Source of the DNA: an uncultured Gammaproteobacteria bacterium
Lineage (GTDB): Bacteria > Pseudomonadota > Gammaproteobacteria > GCA-001735895
Direction: 5' to 3'
Assembly (NCBI GenBank): GCA_947259305.1
Contig: CAMYML010000018.1
Location: forward strand, 1-58,971
DNA length: 58,971 nucleotides
In this document: piece after piece, positions 25,898 to 35,154 of the stretch
Numbering within the stretch: position 1 is the first letter of the stretch
Layout: each line of letters begins with the position of its first letter
Notes under the pieces: model-generated
Database searches by the model: none
Told to the model about the DNA's origin: nothing
What the model saw: only the letters and a program-made list of their open reading frames with translations
Program-made: the position numbers and the translations under genes

Positions 25898-26310
25898 AGA
25901 TCACTCTCGACAGCCTTTTTTCTGATTGCTGTAAGTTCGTTACCCAGGCTTAAATTGATTACTTTGCCCTTGCGCACCAGGCGTGCGCTTTCACGCGTGA
26001 GGCTAACCAGCCGGGCGCCTCTGATGCTAACGCCCAGCGCCAGCATCTGGTTGTCGATAATGGCGATTTTGCGTTCGGCGGAAAACAGGATCGAAGTCAA
26101 CTGCAACGGCTTCGGCCTGGGTTTTGTGGCCTGCGGCTTGACGGGTTTCGGTTTTCCGGCCCATTTAGCCTCGCGAAATTTCCGGAGCGCGAACGCGGGT
26201 GGCTGCATCGGGTCGCGCAATTCCTGGGCCGAAGCGATCGCGCCGAGGCCAAAAAAGCCCAGGGACAGCAACAACAGGACGAAAATGTAAGTTGCGATGA
26301 TTCGGCGCAT
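25894..26310 (-). CDS. mshK: MSHA biogenesis protein MshK (PilP-like)
   Basis: 138 aa with a signal peptide (YIFVLLLLSLGFFGLGAIASA), then LRDPMQPP and a Pro/Lys-rich linker. It lies between mshJ and mshL. Confidence 0.6.
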   Translation of the reverse strand: MRRIIATYIFVLLLLSLGFFGLGAIASAQELRDPMQPPAFALRKFREAKWAGKPKPVKPQATKPRPKPLQLTSILFSAERKIAIIDNQMLALGVSIRGARLVSLTRESARLVRKGKVINLSLGNELTAIRKKAVESDL

Positions 26311-26970
26311 CTAGATGCCAACCCATTCTTTGCGCGTTGACAGCGTCGACATAACCAGCTTGACGATAACTCTCGGATGGTCGTCGCTGATGATTTCGAT
26401 TTCGTCCCACAGCAACTTCCAGTCGAGTCCCTCCATCGCTTGCATGTAGCCGAGAATGTCGAGGTACTTACCGGCAAACTGCAGTTCGAGCACGTGCCGG
26501 TAGATGCCCACTTCGTCGTCCGGTTGCTCCGGGTCAACCTGAGGTATGGCGGCCTTGACTTCACGACGTTTGAGGCTTAATAGCGTCAGTTTTGAATCGC
26601 GATAAACCAGCTGGTTCATCAGCTGGAACATTTTTTCCGGATCGATCAGCTCGATGGTGGTAACCCTGAGCTGCTCTTCGAGCGCGGACAAGTCCTCGAC
26701 CAGCCTGGTCAACCGGGTTTCTTTTTCCTGATGGACACCTGCCGCGATCCGCTGGCGAATACTGGCTACGACGACACGGGAGCTTTCGATTTCAGCGCTA
26801 ATGCGCCTGTTTTCGCTTTGCTTGTTATCGATTTCCGCCATCATCGGCGTGGCGAAATAGTGCCACCACAGGAAGCCGATTACCGCTATTAGCATGACGG
26901 CGATCGCCCCGCGATCACGGATGGCCTGCGCTTCAAAACGCTGTGCATATTGCTTCAACTGCTTATTCAT
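26311..26970 (-). CDS. mshJ: MSHA biogenesis protein MshJ (PilO-like)
   Basis: I trimmed the start to the ATG at 26970 (MNKQLKQYAQRFE...). It has a single TM helix (AIAVMLIAVIGFLWWHYF), then a coiled-coil stretch and a C-terminal domain. Confidence 0.65.
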   Translation of the reverse strand: MNKQLKQYAQRFEAQAIRDRGAIAVMLIAVIGFLWWHYFATPMMAEIDNKQSENRRISAEIESSRVVVASIRQRIAAGVHQEKETRLTRLVEDLSALEEQLRVTTIELIDPEKMFQLMNQLVYRDSKLTLLSLKRREVKAAIPQVDPEQPDDEVGIYRHVLELQFAGKYLDILGYMQAMEGLDWKLLWDEIEIISDDHPRVIVKLVMSTLSTRKEWVGI

Positions 26971-27565
26971 CGAGCACCACGCGGGTGGCAATTTCGAAAT
27001 CCACCTTCCATTCGCTGTTACGGTCGCGGCTCAATGCGAACAGTTCAAAGCGGTTGCCGCGGAAAACTTCTTCTTCGCTGAAGCGATCGAAATATCCCGG
27101 CACCTGCTCCGCGCTGAGCGAACTACCCTTGATCTGCACGAAATCTTCGGCCAGACGAATCTGGTTGAGCCAGACTTCATTGACCTGCAGGTTTGACAGC
27201 GCCACCAGGTAGCTGGAAAAGCCTTCACCGGAGCCGAAGCGGTTGGCATCGACGAAATTCAGCACTCTTTTGCGGGCCGATATCTGGCGCGCGGCATCCT
27301 CGATTTCGCTATCGATGCGGCTATCTTCGAGCAGCCCGGCGAGCTCGGCGTTAACGGCGGCGAATTCTTCGGTCATGCGCTCACGCTCGGCCCCGATTTC
27401 GAGGTTTCGCTGTTCCGCCTGCTGCAAATCGAGCTGCAGCAGGAAGCTCCAGATTGCGATCGCGGCAATCACGATCAGCACCGCCGCCGCGACCTGGGCG
27501 GCCGAAATCCAGAGCCGCTTTTCCCGAAAACGGTCCTGATACAGATTGACCTGCTGCACGATCAC
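26963..27565 (-). CDS. mshI: PilN-like half of MshI (separate ORF here)
   Basis: 200 aa. It begins MIVQQVNLYQDRFREKR, then has a TM helix (AAQVAAAVLIVIAAIAIWSFLL). This is the fimbrial-assembly (PilN) architecture. It forms an ATGA overlap with the upstream PilM-like ORF. Confidence 0.65.
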   Translation of the reverse strand: MIVQQVNLYQDRFREKRLWISAAQVAAAVLIVIAAIAIWSFLLQLDLQQAEQRNLEIGAERERMTEEFAAVNAELAGLLEDSRIDSEIEDAARQISARKRVLNFVDANRFGSGEGFSSYLVALSNLQVNEVWLNQIRLAEDFVQIKGSSLSAEQVPGYFDRFSEEEVFRGNRFELFALSRDRNSEWKVDFEIATRVVLDE

Positions 27566-28477
27566 AGGCTCACCCCTCGCAGTGCGGCACAGTACGCGTG
27601 AAAGCAGTGCGGTTCGAGGCCGGGATTGTCATCGTCGCCGGCAAAGCTGATAAATTCGATATCGAAATTGCTCAGATTCTGCAGGTACATGGCCATTTTT
27701 TCGGTGGCTTTAAGCTGCGGAAAAATCCGCAGGTCGGTCACGGAACCCATGCCATAAAAGCTCTCGAAATAATCCAGCGAACGCTGCAGCTCGAGCAACA
27801 GCGCGTCGAATATGCTTTCATCCTCGCTGGTAGCCAGCCCGAGTTGATCGGTGCCTATCATGAACTCGCGCGATACGTATAAATCGGTGTCGTGATACAC
27901 GCTGAGCAACCCGCTTTCCCGGGTTAGTGTCAGCACCGCCATGCTGTGCTCGCTGCTGTGCTGCACCACCTGCAGGTTGGCACGCACCAGTTCGTGAATA
28001 TCCAGCGCGCGCGTCGAGGGTCATGGCGCTGGCCTTGACGCTGGCGATGTAATTCATGACAACCGCCTCGCGCGCCGCGACCACGCCTACCTGTTGCTGT
28101 TTGTTTTTGCTCGAATCAGGCATCGGATAGCTGTCGACGACAGCATGACTGACGTCGTAGTTGATCAAATCCTTTATCTTCCAGCTGACCGCCTGAATCA
28201 TTTCGGAATCTTCGACCTCGGGTTTCTCGACCTGGTAAATGTCGCAGTCATCGTTCGCGACCAGACAAACGCAGGGCGTTTTTTGTAAATTATTGCTCTG
28301 CACCCACGCTTTAAGCGCCGCGACCTGGGCCTCCTGCCCGTCAGCCTCGACAAACTCGCTGCGCAGGATTCGGCCGGCGCTTTTCTTGCCGGTTTGAACC
28401 TGGGCGATAGCAACGCCATCAGGCAGGAAATCAACCCCGATCTGAGAATCTTTTTGCGCTGCCGAAAACAGAGCCAC
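27562..28477 (-). pseudogene. mshI: PilM-like half of mshI, interrupted by a frameshift in a (GC)n tract
   Basis: ORFs 27818-28477 (219 aa) and 27562-27987 (141 aa) overlap in different frames. The 219-aa product turns Arg/Gly-rich nonsense after ...VKASAMTLDARA. The other frame reads LDIHELVRANLQVVQH..., which continues it naturally. The switch point is gcgcgcgcg at 28005-28013. Confidence 0.7.
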
Positions 28478-28724
28478 GTTTTTACCCCGAGCCTTTCAAT
28501 TTACCTGTGCATTAATATGCAAGTTGCGGGCCAACTCGGGCAGGGCCCTCGTTGCTCGCACGCAGAAACCTTTCGCGCCTAATTACGCGCGGTGACAACC
28601 TCCTTAGGTGTGTGATTTTTATTCTAGATATTCCTTAAGAAAATCACGATAACTTATTGTCATTACTAGAAATATTAACCTATAGTTGGGCTTTTTCAAG
28701 TTATTAGCCAAAATTAATTTTATT

Positions 28725-29180
28725 ATGATGCACATCGTTCTTTTCGAACCCGAAATCCCGCCCAACACTGGAAATATCATGCGCCTCGCGGCCAACACCG
28801 GTTTCCGGCTGCATTTGATTGAACCCCTGGGCTTCGAACTCGAAGACAAGCAGTTACGCCGGGCCGGCCTCGACTATCGAGAATGGGCCGACACCAGTCG
28901 TTATCGCGACTTTGAGGATTTCGTGAAAACCTGTGAATTCAATAACTTATACGCATTTACGACCAGGGCGAAAAGGACTTACAGCGAAGCGGCTTTCAAG
29001 CCCGACGACGCGCTGCTGTTTGGTCCGGAAAGTCGGGGCCTGCCCACGGAACTGCTGGATTCACTGGATGGTGACAACAAGCTGCGCATTCCGATGGTCG
29101 CGACGTCGCGCAGCCTGAACCTGTCGAATACGGTGTCCATTGCCGTCTATGAAGCCTGGCGGCAACAGGGATTTACCTGA
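28725..29180 (+). CDS. trmL: tRNA (cytidine/uridine-2'-O)-methyltransferase TrmL (SpoU family)
   Basis: MMHIVLFEPEIPPNTGNIMRLAANTGFRLHLIEPLGF matches the E. coli TrmL/YibK N-terminus almost residue for residue. I trimmed the start from the TTG at 28686 to the ATG at 28725. Confidence 0.9.
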   Translation: MMHIVLFEPEIPPNTGNIMRLAANTGFRLHLIEPLGFELEDKQLRRAGLDYREWADTSRYRDFEDFVKTCEFNNLYAFTTRAKRTYSEAAFKPDDALLFGPESRGLPTELLDSLDGDNKLRIPMVATSRSLNLSNTVSIAVYEAWRQQGFT

Positions 29181-29370
29181 CGGCCAGCTTATTTCAGTGA
29201 TTTTCGTAGCAACAAGGCGATAGCTCGTGCACTGCCTGCTTTGCGGACCCGGATCGGAGTCCGGGGCAGGCGGCATCGACACTATGTTGAGCGCGCCGAG
29301 CAGGTGAAGCCTGGCAGGGCGCGGCATGCGTCGGCGTCAGGAGATCGCCGAGACAGGCAGGCTGGCCGGC

Positions 29371-30363
29371 TTACTCCTGGCCCTGCGGCCGGCTTTCAAG
29401 GTCGCGTACCGCGTCACGCGGGTTCTTATTGTCGTAAAGTACTTGATAAACCTGATTGATGATCGGCAGATCGAGCCCGAGCTGTTTCGACTTGTGGTAA
29501 ATAGCCCTGGCGGCGCGCAATCCCTCGACGGTATGGCCGACCTCGATTTCAGCCTGGCAAACGCTCTTACCCTTACCGATGGCGAGCCCGAAGCGCCGGT
29601 TACGGCTCTGATCATCGGTACAGGTCAGAATGATATCGCCTAGTCCAGCCAACCCCATCAGGGTTTCCCGCTGGGCGCCAAGCTGGGTGCCAAGGTGCAT
29701 GATTTCGGAAAGTCCGCGTGTCATCAACGCGGCGCGGGTATTGGCGCCGAAGCCAAGCCCGTCAGAAATGCCAACGGCGATCGCCAGCACATTTTTAAGT
29801 GCGCCACCGAGCTCGACACCGACGATGTCAGTGCTGGTATAGACTCGAAAATGTTGGCTGCGCAACAGTTCGGCAAAGGTTTCGCTGGATTGTGGATTAT
29901 TGCCGGCGCAGGCAATGGCCGCCGGCGTACCGCGCGCCACTTCGGTCGCAAAGGTGGGGCCCGAAATCACGCCGTAGTGACGTATCGGTAATTCCTCCGC
30001 GACAACTTCGTGCAACAGTTTGCCGGTTTCAATTTCGAAACCCTTGCTGGCCCAGAACAGCATCTTGTCGTCATCTAGCAACGGTTTCAGCTTTTGCAGT
30101 AATCCCCTGAAGCCCTTGCTTGGAATAACGATCAACAGATACGGCGCCTGCTTTACCGCGTCTGCAAGGCTCGCCAAAGGTTCGATATTGTCGGCCAGGG
30201 CGAAACCCGGCAGGAGATCTGTATTTTCACGCAGCGCCTGCAGTTTTGTGATGTGATCGGCTTGGTGGCCCCAGAGTTTGACCTGCAGCTGGTTGCGGGC
30301 CAGCTGGATCGCGAGCGCGGTTCCCCAGGAACCGGCACCCAGCACTGCGATCGTTTCTGTCAT
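29371..30363 (-). CDS. gpsA: NAD(P)H-dependent glycerol-3-phosphate dehydrogenase
   Basis: 330 aa. The N-terminus IAVLGAGSWGTALA is a Rossmann motif. The sequence is GpsA-like throughout, and it lies downstream of secB as in E. coli. Confidence 0.95.
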   Translation of the reverse strand: MTETIAVLGAGSWGTALAIQLARNQLQVKLWGHQADHITKLQALRENTDLLPGFALADNIEPLASLADAVKQAPYLLIVIPSKGFRGLLQKLKPLLDDDKMLFWASKGFEIETGKLLHEVVAEELPIRHYGVISGPTFATEVARGTPAAIACAGNNPQSSETFAELLRSQHFRVYTSTDIVGVELGGALKNVLAIAVGISDGLGFGANTRAALMTRGLSEIMHLGTQLGAQRETLMGLAGLGDIILTCTDDQSRNRRFGLAIGKGKSVCQAEIEVGHTVEGLRAARAIYHKSKQLGLDLPIINQVYQVLYDNKNPRDAVRDLESRPQGQE

Positions 30364-30369
30364 GCCTGC

Positions 30370-30867
30370 TTAATGCGTCGCCTCGGCCTCTTCCTGCGCG
30401 CTGTCTTCCTGCGTGCCGTCTGCCTGCCCGGCCTGCTGCTGCAGGTGCTGCTGGTAGAGGGCATCGAAATTAACCGGTGACAGAATGAGGGGCGGAAAAC
30501 CGCCGCGTACCGACAGGTCGGAGACAACTTCACGGGCATAGGGAAACATAATGTTCATGCACTGACTGCCCAGCAGGTATTTTTTTTCTGCTTCGTCGAA
30601 GCCGGTCATGGCAACCAGGCCCGCCTGCTGGACTTCGATCAGAAACACCGTGCTTTCCTCGTGAGTTACGGTGGCGGTAATACTGAGCACGACTTCGTAC
30701 AGATCGCCTTCCAGGTGCCGCTGGTTATTGGTCAGGTTCAGGTCGATCTTTGGATCCCATTTTTTGAAGCTAAACGAATTCGGTGTGCCCGGCGATTCGA
30801 ACGACAAGTCTTTGACGTAGAGTTTCTGGATCGCAAACTGTTTTTTTGTTTCCTGTTCTTTGCTCAT
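30370..30867 (-). CDS. secB: Protein-export chaperone SecB
   Basis: 165 aa. It contains FAIQKLYVKDLSFESP... and has an acidic C-terminal tail. The synteny matches yibN-secB-gpsA. Confidence 0.93.
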   Translation of the reverse strand: MSKEQETKKQFAIQKLYVKDLSFESPGTPNSFSFKKWDPKIDLNLTNNQRHLEGDLYEVVLSITATVTHEESTVFLIEVQQAGLVAMTGFDEAEKKYLLGSQCMNIMFPYAREVVSDLSVRGGFPPLILSPVNFDALYQQHLQQQAGQADGTQEDSAQEEAEATH

Positions 30868-30871
30868 AAGA

Positions 30872-31300
30872 TTACTTTTTGCTAATGGGTAAATGTGCTT
30901 CCTGCCAGGCAGTTATGCCACCGTTCAAACTATACACCTTGTCAAAACCCTGCTGGCCTAGTTCCTTACAGGCCAACCCCGAGCGCGCGCCCGTTTTGCA
31001 ATACACCAGCAGGGTCTTGTTTTTATGCTTTTCCAGCTCGCCGATGCGTTTCGCCACGGCACCAGCCGGAATTTGAATTGCCTTGGAAATCTTGCCGCCG
31101 ACTGTTTCAGAAGGCTCGCGTACGTCGAGCACGACGACATCCTCGCTATTCATTAGCTGCACCGCGCCCGCAGGCGTCAGGCTGGCAAACCGCTGCGACG
31201 CGATTTTCATCTCGTTGAAAAAGGTCAACGCCAGCAGCACCGCAAACGCGATCACCAGAAAAGGGTGATTCACCGCAAATTCAGAAACTTGAGCCAACAT
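30872..31300 (-). CDS. Membrane-anchored rhodanese-domain protein (YibN-like)
   Basis: 142 aa with an N-terminal TM helix and a rhodanese active-site loop (CKTGARS). It lies upstream of secB. Confidence 0.8.
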   Translation of the reverse strand: MLAQVSEFAVNHPFLVIAFAVLLALTFFNEMKIASQRFASLTPAGAVQLMNSEDVVVLDVREPSETVGGKISKAIQIPAGAVAKRIGELEKHKNKTLLVYCKTGARSGLACKELGQQGFDKVYSLNGGITAWQEAHLPISKK

Positions 31301-31327
31301 ACTTATGGGAAAATTGAATCTAGAGTA

Positions 31328-31660
31328 TTAGTCGGTAGAACAGAACACTTCCTGCATCATTCCTATCAGACGCAGGGTACGCTCATCACCGACGCGATAA
31401 TAAACCTTGTTCGCATCCTTGCGCGACGACAGTATACCTTTATCGCGCAAAATCGCGAGATGTTGTGAGATATTACTTTGCGAAGTGCCGACATTATCGA
31501 CGATTCCCTGCACGCAGACTTCACGACTGCCGAGCGTGCACAGGATTTTAAGGCGTAGCGGATGAGACATGGCCTTGAGCGAACGCGAGGCGATCTCGAT
31601 ATCTGCGGCGTGCGCCAACAGTTGATCGCCGTCCACTACATTTGCTGCTTCAGTTACCAT
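31328..31660 (-). CDS. ArsR/SmtB-family transcriptional regulator
   Basis: I trimmed the 231-aa track ORF to the ATG at 31660, giving 110 aa. LKAMSHPLRLKILCTL...QSNISQHLAILRDKGILSSRKDANKVYYRV is a classic ArsR winged HTH. The upstream extension is hydrophobic nonsense and runs antisense into envC. Confidence 0.85.
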   Translation of the reverse strand: MVTEAANVVDGDQLLAHAADIEIASRSLKAMSHPLRLKILCTLGSREVCVQGIVDNVGTSQSNISQHLAILRDKGILSSRKDANKVYYRVGDERTLRLIGMMQEVFCSTD

Positions 31661-31721
31661 TTGCTTAAGTGTATTACCAAACGTTAATATTAGGGAATGA
31701 TTATGGTTAAAACCCGAGCCA

Positions 31722-32900
31722 ATGTCCACTGCGCCGCTGAGTAAACTATTTCTCTGCGCGTTGATTGCGGGTCTGGTGGTCGCGCCGCAGTCGCTGGCCG
31801 CCGACCGCAGCGCCAAGGAAAAACAGCTTAAAACCGTTCTCACCAAAATCGAAAAGCTGAAGCAGGCTATCGACGTCAAGGAAGACAGCAAGTCCCAGTA
31901 CATCAAGCAATTGAAATCGATCGAACGCAAGATCGGCAAGGTCAACCAGAAAATCCGCGTTATCGACAAAAAAATCAAGGGCAAAAAATCGGAGCTCGCG
32001 GCCCTGCGTAAAACCCGCCTCAAGCACCAGCGCCGGTTAAGCCGCGAAAACGACTACCTCGCCGAGCAGGTCTACACGGCATTTACCCTGGGACGCGAGG
32101 AAAAGGTTAAATTGCTGTTTTCACAGCAGGATCCACAAACGCTGCAACGCAACCTGATTTACTACCAGTATTTCTCCAATGCGCGGGTCGAGCTAATCAA
32201 TCAGGTGCAAGACAACATCGACAAGATTATCGAGACCGAACGACTGATTCAGCAGGCGCGTCAGGACCTGGAAAAGAGCCAGCAGGACCTGAGCCAGCAG
32301 AAACAGCAGCTCAACCAGGATCGCGGTAAGCGCAAATCGATCATCGCCTCGCTCGACAAGCAATTGAAAAACCAGGGTGGAAATCTTTCACGGCTCAAGG
32401 ATGAAGCAGCGCAGTTACAAAACCTGATCAACTCGATCCAGGAGATCTTTACCGATGCGCCCGAAGACGACATCGCGGGGCAAGCTTTTTCGGAGTTGAA
32501 GGGCAAGCTTGCCTGGCCGGTCAAGGGCAAGTTAAAACGGCTATTCGGCCGCAACAAGCCATTATCCGACCTGCGCTGGCAGGGGGTTATTCTCGAGGCG
32601 CCCAGCGGTTCTCACGTGCAGGCGATATCCCACGGACGGGTCGCCTTTGCCGATTGGCTGCGAGGGCTTGGCAACCTGATCATCATCGATCACGGCAACT
32701 CTTACCTGTCGCTTTACGGTCACAACGAATCGCTGTTTAAAACTGCTGGCGAATGGGTCGAAGCCGGAGACGTGATCAGCAGCATCGGCAGTAGCGGCGG
32801 GCAAAAAAAGTCCGGACTTTACTTCGAAATCCGTAAAAAAGGCAAACCGCAGAACCCCACCGGCTGGTGCAAGGCGAGCAATAAATTTGCCGCTGGTTAA
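31722..32900 (+). CDS. envC: Murein hydrolase activator EnvC (coiled coil plus LytM/M23 domain)
   Basis: 392 aa with a signal peptide and a long K/Q/E-rich coiled coil. The C-terminal LytM-like block is GVILEAPSGSHVQAISHGRVAFADWLRGLGNLIIIDHGNSYLSLYGH. Confidence 0.85.
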   Translation: MSTAPLSKLFLCALIAGLVVAPQSLAADRSAKEKQLKTVLTKIEKLKQAIDVKEDSKSQYIKQLKSIERKIGKVNQKIRVIDKKIKGKKSELAALRKTRLKHQRRLSRENDYLAEQVYTAFTLGREEKVKLLFSQQDPQTLQRNLIYYQYFSNARVELINQVQDNIDKIIETERLIQQARQDLEKSQQDLSQQKQQLNQDRGKRKSIIASLDKQLKNQGGNLSRLKDEAAQLQNLINSIQEIFTDAPEDDIAGQAFSELKGKLAWPVKGKLKRLFGRNKPLSDLRWQGVILEAPSGSHVQAISHGRVAFADWLRGLGNLIIIDHGNSYLSLYGHNESLFKTAGEWVEAGDVISSIGSSGGQKKSGLYFEIRKKGKPQNPTGWCKASNKFAAG

Positions 32901-33055
32901 CGCCCTGGCCTGATAAATCTGCAAAAAATCGCACTTTCCCGTAGAATTTTGCATTCTCGGCACAATCTTTTGAACTGTTTACAACTTACAGAGCCTTATT
33001 CTGGTCTACAATATCCAGTCAGGCTCATCGCCAGCGCGCACTATCGGAGAATCGA

Positions 33056-34357
33056 ATGCTACAAAATCTGCGAACTTCCACCTGGTTTCTGAGTGGAATA
33101 CTGCTCGGGTTATCACTGGCGGTAGGCCACAGTGTTTACGCTTTAAAGGACGATAACAGCAAGCAGATCCCGTTTGAGGATCTGCAAGCTTTTACCGAGG
33201 TCTTCTCCAAAGTCAAATCCGACTACGTGGAATCGGTTGACGACAAGAAACTGATCGAGGACGCGATCCGCGGCATGCTCAACGGACTCGATCCGCATTC
33301 CGCATTCCTCAACACCAGCGAATTCAGCGATCTCAAAATCGGCACCACCGGCCAGTTCGGCGGGCTCGGCATCGAGGTCGGTATGGAGAACGGTTTCGTC
33401 AAGGTCATTTCGCCGATCGATGATACACCCGCATCGCGGGCAGGCGTGCAGGCCAGCGACCTGATCATCAAGCTCGATGAAAAATCGGTCAAGGGCATGA
33501 CCCTGAACGAAGCGGTCAAGATCATGCGCGGCAAGCCCAACACCGATATCGACCTGACTATCGTGCGCGAAGGCGAACCCAAGCCGCTGGTCATCAATAT
33601 CACGCGTGAAATCATCCGCGTCAAAAGTGTCAAGAATCGCATGCTCGAGCCGGGCTACGGTTATGTTCGCATTACCAATTTCCAGTCACGCACCACCACC
33701 GACCTGCTAAAGGCCATTTCCGATCTGCAAAAGAAAGAACGTCTCAAGGGTATGGTGCTCGATCTGCGTAATAACCCGGGTGGTGTTCTTAACGGCGCGG
33801 TTGGCGTCTCCGACGCATTTATCGATGACGGCCTGATCGTTTATACCGAGGGCCGCCTGGACGATTCCAGCCACCGCTACCTGGCAACCCCGGGCGATAG
33901 CCTCAACGGCGCGCCGCTGGTGGTTTTGATTAACGGCGGTTCGGCATCGGCTTCCGAAATCGTCGCCGGCGCGGTGCAGGATCACAAGCGCGGCATCATC
34001 ATGGGCACCAAGTCATTCGGCAAGGGTTCGGTGCAAACCATCCAGGAACTGCGCAACGGTTCGGCGGTGAAGCTGACCACCGCGCGTTACTTCACCCCGA
34101 ACGGACGTTCGATTCAGGCCAAAGGTATCGAGCCGGACATCAAGCTCTCCACCGTGAAGCTTTCTGATAAAGATGAAAAGGCGCGTGAAACCTATTCCGA
34201 GAGCGATCTCGAAGGGCGCCTGAGTAATCCCAATGGCGAAGGCGACGAGGCCAAGAAAAGCGACAGCGAAACGCTGGCGAAATCTGACTTCCAGCTGTAC
34301 GAGGCGCTTAACCTGCTCAAGGGTCTGTATATCCTCAAAGATATCAGCAACGGCTAA
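33056..34357 (+). CDS. ctpA: Carboxy-terminal processing protease (S41 family, PDZ domain)
   Basis: 433 aa with a signal or TM helix, a PDZ domain (GIEVGMENGFVKVISPIDDTPASRAGV), and S41 motifs LRNNPGG and GGSASASEIVAGA...GTKSFGKGSVQ. Confidence 0.92.
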   Translation: MLQNLRTSTWFLSGILLGLSLAVGHSVYALKDDNSKQIPFEDLQAFTEVFSKVKSDYVESVDDKKLIEDAIRGMLNGLDPHSAFLNTSEFSDLKIGTTGQFGGLGIEVGMENGFVKVISPIDDTPASRAGVQASDLIIKLDEKSVKGMTLNEAVKIMRGKPNTDIDLTIVREGEPKPLVINITREIIRVKSVKNRMLEPGYGYVRITNFQSRTTTDLLKAISDLQKKERLKGMVLDLRNNPGGVLNGAVGVSDAFIDDGLIVYTEGRLDDSSHRYLATPGDSLNGAPLVVLINGGSASASEIVAGAVQDHKRGIIMGTKSFGKGSVQTIQELRNGSAVKLTTARYFTPNGRSIQAKGIEPDIKLSTVKLSDKDEKARETYSESDLEGRLSNPNGEGDEAKKSDSETLAKSDFQLYEALNLLKGLYILKDISNG

Positions 34358-34368
34358 CCAGCGGCCCG

Positions 34369-35154
34369 ATGTTACGCTTCTGGTTGAGCCTGCTTGCGCT
34401 ATTGGCGACCGGCGCCGCAGCGGATCAGCGTCCGGCTTTATCGCTGGTCATCGACGATCTCGGGTATTCACTGGGAAACGGCATGGCGGCCATCGATCTC
34501 GACGGCGATCATACCTACGCCATCCTGCCGGGCGCGGCATACAGTCGCAAGCTGGCCCGGCATGCGCACGAACTAAACAAGGAAGTCATCCTGCACCTGC
34601 CGATGCAATCGATCAGTTCCGGGGCTGCGCACGAGCCGAATGCGCTCAACGAGGCAATGGATGAAGATCAGCTCACGGCGAACGTGCATTCGCTGCTGGC
34701 GGAGATTCCATTTATCCGCGGCGTCAACAACCACATGGGCAGCCATCTGACCGAGTTCGATTTTTTCATGCGCCCGGTGATGGACAGCATTCGCGGTTAC
34801 AATCCGCGACTTTATTTTCTCGATAGCCGCACGTCGCCGCGCAGCGTGGCGTACGCGCAGGCGCTGGATGCCGGTCTGAATTCGATTTCGCGCGACATCT
34901 TCCTCGACAATGAACCCAATCCGGAATCGATACGGCTACAGTACGACATCTGGCTGACCAAGGCGCGCGCGCTTGGCTCGGCCATCGCCATCGGTCATCC
35001 CTATCCGAATACGATTGCGGTATTGCGGGAAAGCCTGGGCGAGACCAACGCTGATTTCAGATTCCTGCGCCTTTCAAGCCTGATCGACGAGCGCAAATCA
35101 GCGGGATTGTCCGCCGGCAAAATAACCACTACGACAACTGTGCTCAGGCAGTAA
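34369..35154 (+). CDS. Divergent polysaccharide deacetylase family protein (YibQ-like)
   Basis: 261 aa with a signal peptide. Motifs LSLVIDDLGYS, YAILP, ILHLPMQ, NNHMGS and FLDSRTS are typical of YibQ. It follows envC and ctp, as in enterobacterial synteny. Confidence 0.8.
   Translation: MLRFWLSLLALLATGAAADQRPALSLVIDDLGYSLGNGMAAIDLDGDHTYAILPGAAYSRKLARHAHELNKEVILHLPMQSISSGAAHEPNALNEAMDEDQLTANVHSLLAEIPFIRGVNNHMGSHLTEFDFFMRPVMDSIRGYNPRLYFLDSRTSPRSVAYAQALDAGLNSISRDIFLDNEPNPESIRLQYDIWLTKARALGSAIAIGHPYPNTIAVLRESLGETNADFRFLRLSSLIDERKSAGLSAGKITTTTTVLRQ

Noticed and set aside
29235-29270. GC-rich stem-loop between convergent trmL and gpsA as a terminator
   Set aside because: The stem is interrupted (7 bp plus 5 bp with an asymmetric bulge) and has no flanking T or A tract. 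The support is too weak for a call.
31661-32023. N-terminal 121 codons of the 231-aa track ORF containing the ArsR domain
   Set aside because: The extension is hydrophobic low-complexity sequence running antisense over the envC start. ArsR proteins are ~100-120 aa, and an in-frame ATG at 31660 gives a normal-length protein.
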